Shown in pieces: positions 43,985-53,543 of a stretch of DNA of 64,000 nt. Source of the DNA: Chthoniobacterales bacterium (GTDB lineage Bacteria; Verrucomicrobiota; Verrucomicrobiia; Chthoniobacterales; UBA10450). The notes under the pieces are model-generated. The model searched no databases, was not told the origin of the DNA, and saw only the letters and a list, made by a program, of their open reading frames with translations. The first letter of the stretch is position 1. Each line of letters opens with the position of its first letter. The stretch lies in the NCBI GenBank assembly GCA_046593335.1, contig JBKJNW010000042.1, positions 439-64,438 on the forward strand, read 5' to 3'. The translations under genes and the position numbers were made by a program.

Positions 43985-44905
43985 ATGAAAAACTCACTCT
44001 GCTTCCTCGCTTGCTGCGGTGCCCTTCTTTTTGTTTCCGGCCTACGTGCCGGGACCGAAGAGCTGGATAACAAGACCGCGGTAGTGACAAGCCAAAAAGC
44101 GGTCGAGGAAACGCCACTCGATATCTTCAAAATGGAGCAGGGGTATGTTTTCCAGAGCGACTTGAATCATGGCGGAAGTTTTGGGCAGCAGGATGAAATC
44201 CAAAGCGAGCTGGAGTATGGCCACCGCTTTTTGATCAACGGGAATTTATACGCCCATGTCGGCTTCGCCTACGATCGCTACGATTTCGGCAGCACCGGCG
44301 CGCCCGTGCCGAATCATCTCCAGGCCATGTCCGGCGTCTTCGGTCTCGATTACATGCGCGGGAAAGATGTCGGCGCCTTTTTCCAGGTCCGGCCCGGCTT
44401 TTACTTCCAGAATGATATCGGGATCTCCTCCTTCGATGCCCCGATCACGTTAGGCCGGATTTTTGTCGTGCAGGAGGATAAGTTCTACATCTTCGCCGGC
44501 GTCTACGCCTCGTTCCTGCGCAGCGGTTTTCCGGTTTTGCCGCTGGCTGGCGTGGTTTACATCCCGTCGGACAAGCTGCGCCTCATGCTGGTGCTTCCGG
44601 AACCGAAAATCATCTACTCCGCTACCAAGCGCCTCGATTTCTGGGCGGGCGGGGAGCTGGTCGGCGGCTCGTTCCGGACCGACCGCAACGCCAATATTCG
44701 CCCGGGTAAACTGAACGGTGCTCAGGTCGATTTCTCCGATTATCGGGCCGGGGTCGGTTTGACCTATGGCGTCTCCAGCAATGTCTCCTTTGACCTTGGG
44801 GCCGGGATTTCCTTCCAGCGTCAGTTCGATTTTGGCCGGGCCGGCGAAACCTACCGGACCGATCCTTCGCCCTACGTGCGGATGCAGATGTCAGCCAGCT
44901 TCTGA
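43985..44905 (+). CDS. predicted outer-membrane beta-barrel protein (paralog A)
   Basis: Signal peptide, alternating-hydrophobic beta-strand pattern, C-terminal ..MQMSASF. Paralogous to 49221-50156 (shared GFYF/GFYT, FPVLPxxGV, (Y/V)RAGVG). Confidence 0.65.
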   Translation: MKNSLCFLACCGALLFVSGLRAGTEELDNKTAVVTSQKAVEETPLDIFKMEQGYVFQSDLNHGGSFGQQDEIQSELEYGHRFLINGNLYAHVGFAYDRYDFGSTGAPVPNHLQAMSGVFGLDYMRGKDVGAFFQVRPGFYFQNDIGISSFDAPITLGRIFVVQEDKFYIFAGVYASFLRSGFPVLPLAGVVYIPSDKLRLMLVLPEPKIIYSATKRLDFWAGGELVGGSFRTDRNANIRPGKLNGAQVDFSDYRAGVGLTYGVSSNVSFDLGAGISFQRQFDFGRAGETYRTDPSPYVRMQMSASF

Positions 44906-44906
44906 T

Positions 44907-45932
44907 TTGAATCTTTCGGCCGCTCCAAGAAAGATTTCGTTAGGCAAAAGACTCATTCTCGCGGCACTGTCCGCTGTTGCCTTCGGTGCCGGTGTCCAGG
45001 CCGGGCCGCTGGAGGAGTTGCGTTCGCTTAGCCTCTTTCCCTCGGCCGACCTGGCGCAGCTCAAGGCGGGCAAGATCCTTTCCGAACGCGGCACGCTCGG
45101 TGATTTCTCGCGCGGCATCTACCTCGAGTCTTGTTATTACATCAACGCGCCGATGGATGCGGTCGGCCAGGGACTTCTGCATTGGAACCCGGTCCAGCAT
45201 CGCGACCCGGACGTGCGTCTTTACCAGGAATACTCCCTGCCCGGGGCAGCCGCGGTCTTCAAGAAGTTGCAGCTCAGTTCGAAGTTTGCGGTGGACGATT
45301 GGCTGCTCGATCAAACCGCTCGGGCCGGGGAAACCGGCGCGGCAGGCGATCTTCACCTCACGAGTGATGAACTGGCGCTTCTTCGGCAGAAGCCGATGCC
45401 GCCGAGCGAAACCTGGCAGGAAATGTTACAGCGCCGCAGTGCGGCCCTGGCGCGGGGTGGCCTGGCCGCGGTCCCGCCTTATGGGTCGGATAAATCGATC
45501 TCGCCCGGCTCCGAATTTCGCGGCCTGCTCTCGCTCGCCCCCAAGGTGGCCCGCCATTTTAAGCCGATGACCGAAGCGCAGCCGCTCGTCGCTGCCGTCA
45601 AACCGGCGAACGAAGCGGTCGCGTATTGGGAAGCGACCAAGGTGCGCAACCACACCACCCTGCAGCTCGGTCTTTATGCGGCTCGCAAGTCGAGCGATTC
45701 CTGGCAGCTGGTCGATTGCGTTTATTATCCTTCCGACACCTACTTCATGGCGCTCGATCTCTTCCAGCTCTGGCCGGTCGACGGCGGCACGCTGGTCTGG
45801 CAAGCCGGCTTTGTTTCAGCGCCCTTCCGCACCTACCTCGGCGGGGTCGATCGTTATATCGCGGGCAAACAGATGACCGAGGAAACGTTGAGTATGATCA
45901 AGACCTTCCGCGCCGCGCTCGAGAAGCGCTGA
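44907..45932 (+). CDS. secreted protein of unknown function (paralog A of 48247-49224)
   Basis: TTG start 1 nt after the OMP stop. Signal peptide ..LAALSAVAFGAGVQA. Shares LFQLWPVDGGTLVWQAGFVSA with LYQLWPVEIGGRASTLVWRGDFVSA in the paralog. Confidence 0.6.
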   Translation: MNLSAAPRKISLGKRLILAALSAVAFGAGVQAGPLEELRSLSLFPSADLAQLKAGKILSERGTLGDFSRGIYLESCYYINAPMDAVGQGLLHWNPVQHRDPDVRLYQEYSLPGAAAVFKKLQLSSKFAVDDWLLDQTARAGETGAAGDLHLTSDELALLRQKPMPPSETWQEMLQRRSAALARGGLAAVPPYGSDKSISPGSEFRGLLSLAPKVARHFKPMTEAQPLVAAVKPANEAVAYWEATKVRNHTTLQLGLYAARKSSDSWQLVDCVYYPSDTYFMALDLFQLWPVDGGTLVWQAGFVSAPFRTYLGGVDRYIAGKQMTEETLSMIKTFRAALEKR

Positions 45933-45940
45933 GCTTGGGA

Positions 45941-47128
45941 TTACTCCTGGATCCGCTTCAAGAGGAGCGCCGCGCCAACGAAGGTTACGATCGCGCCGAC
46001 CAGCATGAAGAGGAGATCGCCTCCGTAAAAGGCGGGCCCGGCGTGATACAGATTCACCAGGCGGAAGGCCCGGCAGAAGTGGGTCAGCGGAAATAATTCC
46101 GAGAGATAACGAATCGCGAGCGGGAGCTGCTCGAGTGGGGCGAAGGCCCCCGAGAGAACAAAGATCGGGAGCAAAAAGAAAACCGAGAGCTGGATCGCCT
46201 GAGTCTGGGTGCGCGAGAAGGCCGAGATGAGAAGACCCAGCCCTAACGAGCAGAGGAGGAAGAGGAGGCAGATGACCGCCAGGACCGGCCACTGGTGAAA
46301 GACGACATGAAAATGGAAGCCCGCGACCACGATCACGACCAGGATGAGGAGAATCGAGATCGCCAGGTAAGGGAGAATCTTTCCGATCACAATCTCGCCC
46401 CGGCGTAAGGAGGTCACCATGAGCTGATAAAGCGTGCCCGATTCCCGCTCGCGCGCGATGGTGCAGGCGGTGAGGGTGACGGTGAGCAACTGCAGGATGA
46501 TCCCGATGATGCCGGGCACGACGTATTCAATGAAACGCTGTTCCGGATTGTAGAGGATCTTTGTCGTCAGGCCCCATTGGCTCATGGCCGAGACAAATTC
46601 TTTTCGCACATCGACGGGCAATTTTTTTGCCAGGTCGATTACGTCATCAGGCAGGCCCTCGACCGTCGCTTCGAGCTGTTTTTTCTGGAACTCCCCGAGG
46701 CTTTCCTGGATACGGCCCTCCAGTTCGCTCGCGGTATTGGTGTCGCTGCCATCGAGATAAAGCGGGAGCGGGATGGGATCGCCGTTTTTCAGGCTCGTGC
46801 CCCAACCCTCGGGAATAATGAGGGCTGCCCGCACCTGCTCGCCGAGGAGATCGGGTCGGCCGCTAATTTTCGATTCGCTCTTCCAGCGAAAAGTTGTCTC
46901 GCTTTTCAGCTGCTTCACGAAGACCTGGCTGGCGGGAGATTGGTCGCGGTCTTCGAGCAGCGCCGGCACATTGCTCGACCCGGTCGATTCAAAGGCGTGC
47001 CCGAAGATGAGGGTGAAAACCGGCGGCAGGATGAGCAAGAGGACGAGGATGCGCCAGTCGCGGTAGATGTGAATGAATTCCTTTACACCCACGCTGCTGA
47101 TCGCCTGCAAAGAGGAGCGCAGGTTCAT
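45941..47128 (-). CDS. ABC-2 type transporter permease
   Basis: 395 aa: N-terminal TM helix, ~150-aa periplasmic loop, then five TM helices (ABC2_membrane_3-like). Confidence 0.8.
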   Translation of the reverse strand: MNLRSSLQAISSVGVKEFIHIYRDWRILVLLLILPPVFTLIFGHAFESTGSSNVPALLEDRDQSPASQVFVKQLKSETTFRWKSESKISGRPDLLGEQVRAALIIPEGWGTSLKNGDPIPLPLYLDGSDTNTASELEGRIQESLGEFQKKQLEATVEGLPDDVIDLAKKLPVDVRKEFVSAMSQWGLTTKILYNPEQRFIEYVVPGIIGIILQLLTVTLTACTIARERESGTLYQLMVTSLRRGEIVIGKILPYLAISILLILVVIVVAGFHFHVVFHQWPVLAVICLLFLLCSLGLGLLISAFSRTQTQAIQLSVFFLLPIFVLSGAFAPLEQLPLAIRYLSELFPLTHFCRAFRLVNLYHAGPAFYGGDLLFMLVGAIVTFVGAALLLKRIQE

Positions 47129-48078
47129 GACAGAGCCTCCGGGTTGAGCATCGCGTCATAGCGTTGCGAGTAGGCAGTGAAGACGTCTTCCATGTCCGGT
47201 TCGGCCCAGCGATGGGCGAGCAAACTGATCTCCGGAAAAGGCCAGGCGCGCTCCCAATCGGCCAGGAGCGCTTCCGCTTCCGCGGCGTAAATGCGCAGGC
47301 TGCCGCTGCGCAGGGAAACGCCAAGCACGCCCGGAGTTTCGCGAAGCCTAACGAGCGCTTCCATGGCCGGCTTGGCGTCGAGTTCGAGCAGTTTCGCCTT
47401 GAAGGTCGCCTTCAGTTTTCGCGGCGGAGCCTTGGCCAGGAGATGGCCTTCGTGGATAAACCCGACTTCGGTGCAGCGCTCTGCTTCATCCATGTAATGG
47501 GTTGTGACAAAAATCGTGATCCCGTTGTGGCTCAGGTCGTAAAGCAGATCCCACATCTGCTGGCGATGGACCGGGTCGAGCCCTGAGGTCGGCTCATCCA
47601 GAAAAAGCAGCGGCGGCTCGTGCACCAGCGCACAGCCGAGCGCGAGCAACTGCCGCATCCCGCCGGAGAGACTGCCGGCCGCGGTCTCGCGCTTGGCCTT
47701 TAGATCCATCTGCCCCAGGATGCGCTCGATCCGATCCTCCACTTCGTTAGGCGGAACCCGGTAGGCGCCGGCAAAAAAACGCAGGTTTTCCATCACCGTC
47801 AGGTCTGGGTAGAGGCTGAACTTCTGCGCCATGTAGCCAAACTTCGAGCGCACCGTGTAGCGATCGCGCCAGACATCCGCGCCAGCGATTGTGGCCCGGC
47901 CCGAGGTGGGACGGACGAGGCCGCAGAGCATGCGCATGGTGGTCGATTTGCCCGCTCCATTCGCCCCGAGGAAGCCGAAGATTTCGCCTGGCTTGATCTG
48001 GAGCGAAAGGTCGCAGACCGCGCTGAGATTGCCGTAGTTCTTGCTCAGGCCGCTCAGGGCGATAATCGGTTCGCTCAT
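47125..48078 (-). CDS. ABC transporter ATP-binding protein (ABC-2/DrrA-like)
   Basis: Walker A GANGAGKSTT, signature LSGGMRQLLALG, Walker B LLFLDEPTSGLD. Stop overlaps the permease start. Confidence 0.9.
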   Translation of the reverse strand: MSEPIIALSGLSKNYGNLSAVCDLSLQIKPGEIFGFLGANGAGKSTTMRMLCGLVRPTSGRATIAGADVWRDRYTVRSKFGYMAQKFSLYPDLTVMENLRFFAGAYRVPPNEVEDRIERILGQMDLKAKRETAAGSLSGGMRQLLALGCALVHEPPLLFLDEPTSGLDPVHRQQMWDLLYDLSHNGITIFVTTHYMDEAERCTEVGFIHEGHLLAKAPPRKLKATFKAKLLELDAKPAMEALVRLRETPGVLGVSLRSGSLRIYAAEAEALLADWERAWPFPEISLLAHRWAEPDMEDVFTAYSQRYDAMLNPEALS

Positions 48079-48246
48079 CTCGAAGGAAAACGCAGGAAAC
48101 TTCTCATCCGGTCCTCCACTAGGGGAAATGGCCTTTTTTTCAAGGGGGACTGAAGGGACTCCGCGTTGACAGCCCGCGGCTGCACTTAAAACTAAACGGA
48201 CAACCGACCCCAACGATCCGCTTGTTTCTTTGTGAAAAGGCCTGCC

Positions 48247-49224
48247 ATGAAATTACTGCACTTCTTCTTTTTCCTGATCCCGGTTTCCCTGCTCGCGGCC
48301 GACCCGGTGAGCGAGATGGCACAGTTTTCTGTCTTCGGCAAAGTCGATCTCGCCGAGCTGGCCAAGGGGGAGATCAAGACCGCGACCGGCGCCCCGATGT
48401 CGACCGCGCGCTACCTCTCGGTCCAGAGTTGCTTTGTCGTTCCGAAACCGCCCGCGCAAGTGATGTCGGCGATGAAGCGTTTCGATCCGACCGCGCATCG
48501 CGAGCTCAAGGTTTACCTGCACTCCGATCTGCCGACCGCGCCTGCCGCGGCGGATTTCGCGAAGTTGAACAACCCGCCGAGCAACGGCGCGGTCAAATCG
48601 CTCGCGACCGCGACCGAAAAAATGTCGCCCGAGCTCCAGATCAGTCAGGCGGAAGCGAAGAGCTATGTGCCCGGCCAGCCGGTTTTTGGATTCTGGAGCA
48701 ATCTGCTGCTGAAGCGGGCGCAGGCCTTTGCCAGCGGCGGCGCGGGGGCCGAGGCGCCCTACGATCACACCCGCAACCCGGTTCAGTTCGGGAAAGAATT
48801 TACCGGACTCGTTAGGCAACAGGGCAAGGTCAACGGCCAGTTTGGCAGTTTTCTGGGCAGCACCGGATTAATGGGCGGGAAAGGCTCGCTCAAGCCTGAT
48901 CTGTACTGGGAACTTCTCGAAGTGGAGGACGAAGGGGTCTTGACCCTCGGTGCTTCCTACAAACGCTCCACCGCCGGCGGCGGCGCCCAGATTGCCGACG
49001 GTCTCTTCTACGCCAGCGGTGGCTACAATGTCGCCCTCACCCTTTATCAGCTCTGGCCGGTCGAGATCGGGGGCCGGGCCTCCACTCTCGTCTGGCGAGG
49101 CGATTTCGTCTCCGCCAACTCGTTAGGCGACCTCCATGGGATCGAGCGTCTCGCCTCGGAATCGGCCATGCGGAAGGATATTTTGAAGGCAGCGACCCTC
49201 TTTCAGCGCGAGAGTAGCCGATGA
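48247..49224 (+). CDS. secreted protein of unknown function (paralog B of 44907-45932)
   Basis: Signal peptide MKLLHFFFFLIPVSLLAA. Homologous blocks to paralog A along its whole length. Divergent from the ABC ATPase gene. Confidence 0.6.
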   Translation: MKLLHFFFFLIPVSLLAADPVSEMAQFSVFGKVDLAELAKGEIKTATGAPMSTARYLSVQSCFVVPKPPAQVMSAMKRFDPTAHRELKVYLHSDLPTAPAAADFAKLNNPPSNGAVKSLATATEKMSPELQISQAEAKSYVPGQPVFGFWSNLLLKRAQAFASGGAGAEAPYDHTRNPVQFGKEFTGLVRQQGKVNGQFGSFLGSTGLMGGKGSLKPDLYWELLEVEDEGVLTLGASYKRSTAGGGAQIADGLFYASGGYNVALTLYQLWPVEIGGRASTLVWRGDFVSANSLGDLHGIERLASESAMRKDILKAATLFQRESSR

Positions 49225-50156
49225 ACTCCCGTTATTTCTACCTCGCTGGCCTGCTCTCTCTTGCCCTGGCCGCTCCGCTTTTTGCCGGTGACGACAAACA
49301 AATCTCGACCGCGACCGGCAACGAAGTCGTCGAGGAACCGTATAAATTCTCGGCCGAATTCACGATCGAACAGGCCTATCTCGGCGGGGCGGATGTGCAG
49401 CGCGGCAACCGCCAAGTGACCGATTTCGACGAATACTATTCCAATGTCGAATTCGTTTACACGCCGCGGATCAAGTTCGGCATCCTGCGCCTCGGCGCGC
49501 AATGGGAACGCTATTCCTTTGGCTTTCCCAATGGCGGCCAGCAGTTGCCGAACACCCTCCAGTCCGTCAACTCCATCGTCGGCCTCGACACCAAATTCTC
49601 CGATTCCATTCTCGTCCGATTCGAAGCCCAGCCCGGGTTTTATACTGCCACCGGGTTCGATCAAATCGACCGCGATTCCTTTAACGTGCCCTTCATCCTC
49701 GGCGGCACCTACATTGTCAGCCCGGAAGTCCAGTTCGTCGCCGGCGTCGGGGTTAATTTTCAGTCCCGTTTCCCGGTTTTGCCGGGCGGTGGTGTCCGTT
49801 GGAAATTCGCGCCGCAATGGACCCTCAATGCCGTCCTTCCGACACCGCGCCTCGAGTTCGCCGCCAGCCGCAATCTTACCCTCTTTGCCGGTGCCGACAT
49901 CAAGGCGATCACCGTTCGGACCGACGATCACTTCGGTGACAGTCACGGCGACACCAGCCTGAACAGCGCCTGGCTGAGCTACCAAGAAGTGCGCGCCGGA
50001 GTCGGGGCGGAATGGAAGATCAACTCCTCACTTTCGCTCAGTCTGGAAGGCGGCTACGTGCCCTATCGGCAGTTCGATTACCACCGCACCGAAGTCCGCT
50101 ACCACTACGAGAGCGGCGCTCCCTACGGCGCGCTCATGCTCCACGCCGCGTTCTAG
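49221..50156 (+). CDS. predicted outer-membrane beta-barrel protein (paralog B)
   Basis: Signal peptide ..LALAAPLFAG, beta-strand periodicity, C-terminal ..LMLHAAF. Start overlaps the upstream stop (ATGA). Confidence 0.65.
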   Translation: MNSRYFYLAGLLSLALAAPLFAGDDKQISTATGNEVVEEPYKFSAEFTIEQAYLGGADVQRGNRQVTDFDEYYSNVEFVYTPRIKFGILRLGAQWERYSFGFPNGGQQLPNTLQSVNSIVGLDTKFSDSILVRFEAQPGFYTATGFDQIDRDSFNVPFILGGTYIVSPEVQFVAGVGVNFQSRFPVLPGGGVRWKFAPQWTLNAVLPTPRLEFAASRNLTLFAGADIKAITVRTDDHFGDSHGDTSLNSAWLSYQEVRAGVGAEWKINSSLSLSLEGGYVPYRQFDYHRTEVRYHYESGAPYGALMLHAAF

Positions 50157-50249
50157 GGCGGCCGCTTCGGTCCAACCTGGCGCTCCGGGGTCGATCCTTG
50201 CCAGGCTGGCAAAGAACTTCGCTACGGACCTGCGAGCTTGTTCGGGGGC

Positions 50250-50339
50250 GTGGCTCGCAAGGCGCGCGTCGAATTCCCCGGCGCAATTTATCACCTGCTT
50301 GATCGCGGCGATTGGCCTGAAGCAATTTTCCGAGACAAC
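50250..50339 (+). pseudogene. ~30-codon N-terminal relic of a Y1 (IS200-like / REP-associated) transposase
   Basis: VARKARVEFPGAIYHLLDRGDWPEAIFRDN matches the conserved N-terminus (..R.EFPGA.YH...RGN....IF.D). The rest of the family sequence is absent. Confidence 0.55.
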
Positions 50340-50496
50340 ATCGTGCAAAGCATTCAAGGATCGACCCCTTCTTCTTCCTGCCCAGCGCGGTTCTCTCACT
50401 CGATCGACGGGATTCGCCCTCCGAAAACGCGAAAGAGCAGGGCGCAATTCGGGAGCTGGCCTCGATGGCGGCGTCCTTCGGACACTGCGGCGATAC

Positions 50497-51693
50497 CTAG
50501 GGGAGTCGGCTTCCCAGTTCCGCCTTTGGCTCCCCGGCGACGCCCCCGTGACTGCCCCCGGCGACGATGACTCGGCCGTTGCCGAGCAAGGTCGCAGTGT
50601 GCGAGGTACGGGCGATGTAGAGGTTGCCCCCCGCGGTCCAGCTGCCGGTCGCCGGGTTATATAACTCGGTGCTCGCGAGATAGCCCTCGCCATCGCCCCC
50701 TTCGACCAGCACGGTGCCACCGCTCAGCAGCGTGGCCGCGTGTCCCGTGCGCGCAGTGATGAGGCTGCCGGTGACAGTCCACGTCCCGCTCGCCGGGTCG
50801 TATAGTTCGCAAGTCGCGGTGACGAGGAAACTGCCATTGTAACCGCCTGCCGCCAGGACTCGGCCGTCTTGCAGCAAGGTGGCGGAGTGGACCCAGCGAG
50901 CGGTGTTGAAGTTGCCCGTGGCAGTCCAGGTCCCGGTCGCGGGGTCGTAAAGCTCGCAGCTGTTCAGAACGCTGCTGCCGGCAAAGCCTCCGGTTACCAG
51001 GACCATGCCGCTCGCTAGCTCCGTCGCGGTGTGCCAGGCGCGCGCAAAGGTAAGGCTGCCAGTGACCGTCCAGATTCCGCTGGCCGGGTCGTAAAGCTCG
51101 GCGCTGGCGGTATACCCGCTGCTATCCAGCCCCCCGGTGACGAGGACCATGCCGTTCTGGAGCAAGGTCGCGGTGTGCTTTTGCCGTGCGGTCTGCAGGC
51201 TACCGGTCACCGTCCAGCTCCCGCTGGCCGGGTCGTAGAGCTCAGCGCTGCCAGAGAGTACGCCGTTGCTCAGTCCCCCGGCGACCAGGACCATGCCGTT
51301 CTGGAGCGACGTCGCGGTGTGCAATTGGCGGGTGGTGTGCAGGCTGCCCGTGAAAGCCCAGCGGTTAGTCGCTGGGTCGTAAAGTTCCGCGCTGGCGAAT
51401 GGGCCTCTCGCGTCCGCCCCGCCTGCGACCAGCACTTTGCCATCCGGCAGCAACGCCGCGGTGTGATTAAGGCGCGGGGTGTTGAGTCGACCGCCGCCGC
51501 GCCAGACCCAACTCGCCGCCGGGGCGGCGTCGGAGCCGGCCGGGCCGCTGGCGAGCGGGTCTCCATGCACCTCTCGCGCCAGCGGCGAAACCGCCATGGA
51601 ACAGAAGAGGAGGGCTGCCCAAAGGAAGCGGCGGGAAAGCCGGGAATTTGCACGCAAGTCATGCCGGTGGCCTAACGGGATCTGGTTTTTCAT
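50497..51693 (-). CDS. secreted Kelch-repeat beta-propeller protein
   Basis: About seven ~48-aa repeats of the form ELYDPA(S/T)G(S/T)WT.TGSL..AR..HTATLL..G.VLV.GG. ATG at 51693 is preceded by AAGGAGAAAAG. Signal-like LWAALLFCSMAVSPLA. Confidence 0.8.
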   Translation of the reverse strand: MKNQIPLGHRHDLRANSRLSRRFLWAALLFCSMAVSPLAREVHGDPLASGPAGSDAAPAASWVWRGGGRLNTPRLNHTAALLPDGKVLVAGGADARGPFASAELYDPATNRWAFTGSLHTTRQLHTATSLQNGMVLVAGGLSNGVLSGSAELYDPASGSWTVTGSLQTARQKHTATLLQNGMVLVTGGLDSSGYTASAELYDPASGIWTVTGSLTFARAWHTATELASGMVLVTGGFAGSSVLNSCELYDPATGTWTATGNFNTARWVHSATLLQDGRVLAAGGYNGSFLVTATCELYDPASGTWTVTGSLITARTGHAATLLSGGTVLVEGGDGEGYLASTELYNPATGSWTAGGNLYIARTSHTATLLGNGRVIVAGGSHGGVAGEPKAELGSRLP

Positions 51694-52101
51694 CTTTTCT
51701 CCTTTTGCTTGGTTGAGTTTCATAGCTGTCGGGTTTCGCACCATGAAAGAGCGGTCTCTGCTTCCTTTGCGCGAAGAGCGCCTCGACCTGTTCCTGTGCT
51801 GCAGACGATCCCATAACGCCCGCCCCTCTTTGTCAATCTCCAACTGGTAGTGATGCATGATGAGATGGCGCCTTTGGCCGCGATCACGCCGAAGGGGAAT
51901 GGGAACGGCAACGGCAGCTATGCCGGCAGCTTTCTCTGCTAACTCTTAACGAAGCTTTAACTAGGGAGCCCGCGTCACGGAGTAGCAGCGTCATTTACGC
52001 GGTCGAGGCCGCTCCCGGCCGGCCGGCGGCCAGATCAAATAGCGGCGGCGTCGGCAACGATCTCACCCTCACAGTCGCGCCGTAGCAGTCGCTCATATTC
52101 A

Positions 52102-52172
52102 CCACGAAGGACACGAAGAGGGGCGATGACCAGGACTGAAAATCTCAGTGCTCTTCAGGTCCTTCGTCGTGG
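52102..52172. repeat. imperfect ~20-bp inverted repeat in a non-coding region
   Basis: CCACGAAGGACACGAAGAG pairs with CTCTTCAGGTCCTTCGTCGTGG. There is no U-tract on either strand. Confidence 0.45.
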
Positions 52173-52220
52173 GAAACAGCGCAAAATACTGGAGAGTTCG
52201 ATAGGGGAGACACGCCCAGC

Positions 52221-53543
52221 CTAGGCCAGGCTCTTGTCCAACGCGCCGATCTTGCGCGTCTGCGGCCACTTCCAGGCCACCGCCAGTACAACCAGAATCG
52301 TCCCGACTCCGCCGGCAATGACCGACACGACCGGGCCGAAGAGCGCCGCGGTTAAGCCCGACTCGAGGGCGCCGAACTCATTCGAGGTTCCGATAAAAAT
52401 ATTGTTCACCGCCGAGACCCGCCCGCGCATTTCATCCGGCGTAAGCAACTGCACGATCGTTTGCCTAACGACCATGCTGACGCTGTCGAAGAGGCCGGTC
52501 AGGAACAGCATCGCGAGCGAGAGCCAGAACCAGTGCGACGCGCCAAAGACGATCGTGGCCACGCCGAATCCGCTCACGCACCAGAGCAGGGTGCGCCCGG
52601 CGTGCCGCATCGGCGGCAGATAGGCGATCACCAGCGCCATGACAAACGCCCCGATGGCCGGAGCGGCCCGCAGCCAGCCGAGCCCGATCGGTCCGCAATG
52701 CAAAATCTGGTCGGCAAAAATCGGGAGCAACGCCGTCGCCCCGCCGAGAAGCACGGCAAAAAGATCGAGTGTGATGGTGGCGAGGATGACCTTCTTGTTC
52801 AGGACGAAGCGAATGCCCTCCGCCAGGCTATGCCAGGCGCCGATCACGACGCGTCGGCTTTCCCGGATCTTGCGAATCGGCAGGACCATGAAGAAAAACC
52901 CCAGGGCGCACGAAGCATCGAGCGCATAGACAAAAGGAAACCCCAGCTTGACGATGAGAAAACCGCCCGCTGCCGGTCCGAGCACGGCGCTGATCTGGAA
53001 GATGCTGCTATTCCAGGTGACGGCGTTGGCAAACTTTTCCAGCGGCACCAGCCTAGGGAGAAACGAACTCCGCGCCGCCCAGCCAAAAGTGCGGATCGAA
53101 GCCGAGAGAAACATCAGGAGATAAATCAGCGGGAGAGAGAGATCGTCGAAATGGAAAGAGGGATGCCGCTCGAAGATCATCGCGATCGAGCGCAGGCAGT
53201 TGTTTGCCCAGAGCAAAATCTCGAACCGCGGGATGGCGAGATGTTGCCAGGAGACCAGCGCGAGCGAGATCGAGCGGTCGGCGAAATGCCCGGCCGGAAG
53301 CGAGAGCGCAACGATCGGCACGGCCGCGACGAAGCCGACCAGACCGAGCGCGCTGGCCGAATGGGTGCGGGCATAGACTTCCCACTCGATCGCGATCGTG
53401 AGCATTTGCCGGCCTGTCATCGCGATGAAGTTGCCGAGGGTGTAAAAGGCAAAACTCGGGAATCGAAAAGCCGCGTAAGGATCGCGGCGGAGCGACGCCT
53501 CCTCGGCAGTAGGCGGCGGCGCGTGGGGTTTTCGTTCGGGCAT
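52221..53543 (-). CDS. MFS transporter
   Basis: About 12 predicted TM helices. Looks like the enterobactin-exporter/DUF894-like MFS_3 group by eye. ATG at 53543 chosen. Confidence 0.8.
   Translation of the reverse strand: MPERKPHAPPPTAEEASLRRDPYAAFRFPSFAFYTLGNFIAMTGRQMLTIAIEWEVYARTHSASALGLVGFVAAVPIVALSLPAGHFADRSISLALVSWQHLAIPRFEILLWANNCLRSIAMIFERHPSFHFDDLSLPLIYLLMFLSASIRTFGWAARSSFLPRLVPLEKFANAVTWNSSIFQISAVLGPAAGGFLIVKLGFPFVYALDASCALGFFFMVLPIRKIRESRRVVIGAWHSLAEGIRFVLNKKVILATITLDLFAVLLGGATALLPIFADQILHCGPIGLGWLRAAPAIGAFVMALVIAYLPPMRHAGRTLLWCVSGFGVATIVFGASHWFWLSLAMLFLTGLFDSVSMVVRQTIVQLLTPDEMRGRVSAVNNIFIGTSNEFGALESGLTAALFGPVVSVIAGGVGTILVVLAVAWKWPQTRKIGALDKSLA

Noticed and set aside
51694-52220. 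About 530-bp gap upstream of the Kelch gene: short ORFs (about 29-33 aa) and a possible TTGACA / TATGGG promoter on the minus strand.
   Set aside because: The short ORFs have no SD-like sequence or recognisable features. The promoter-like hexamers have a suboptimal ~15-nt spacer. The evidence is too weak to annotate.
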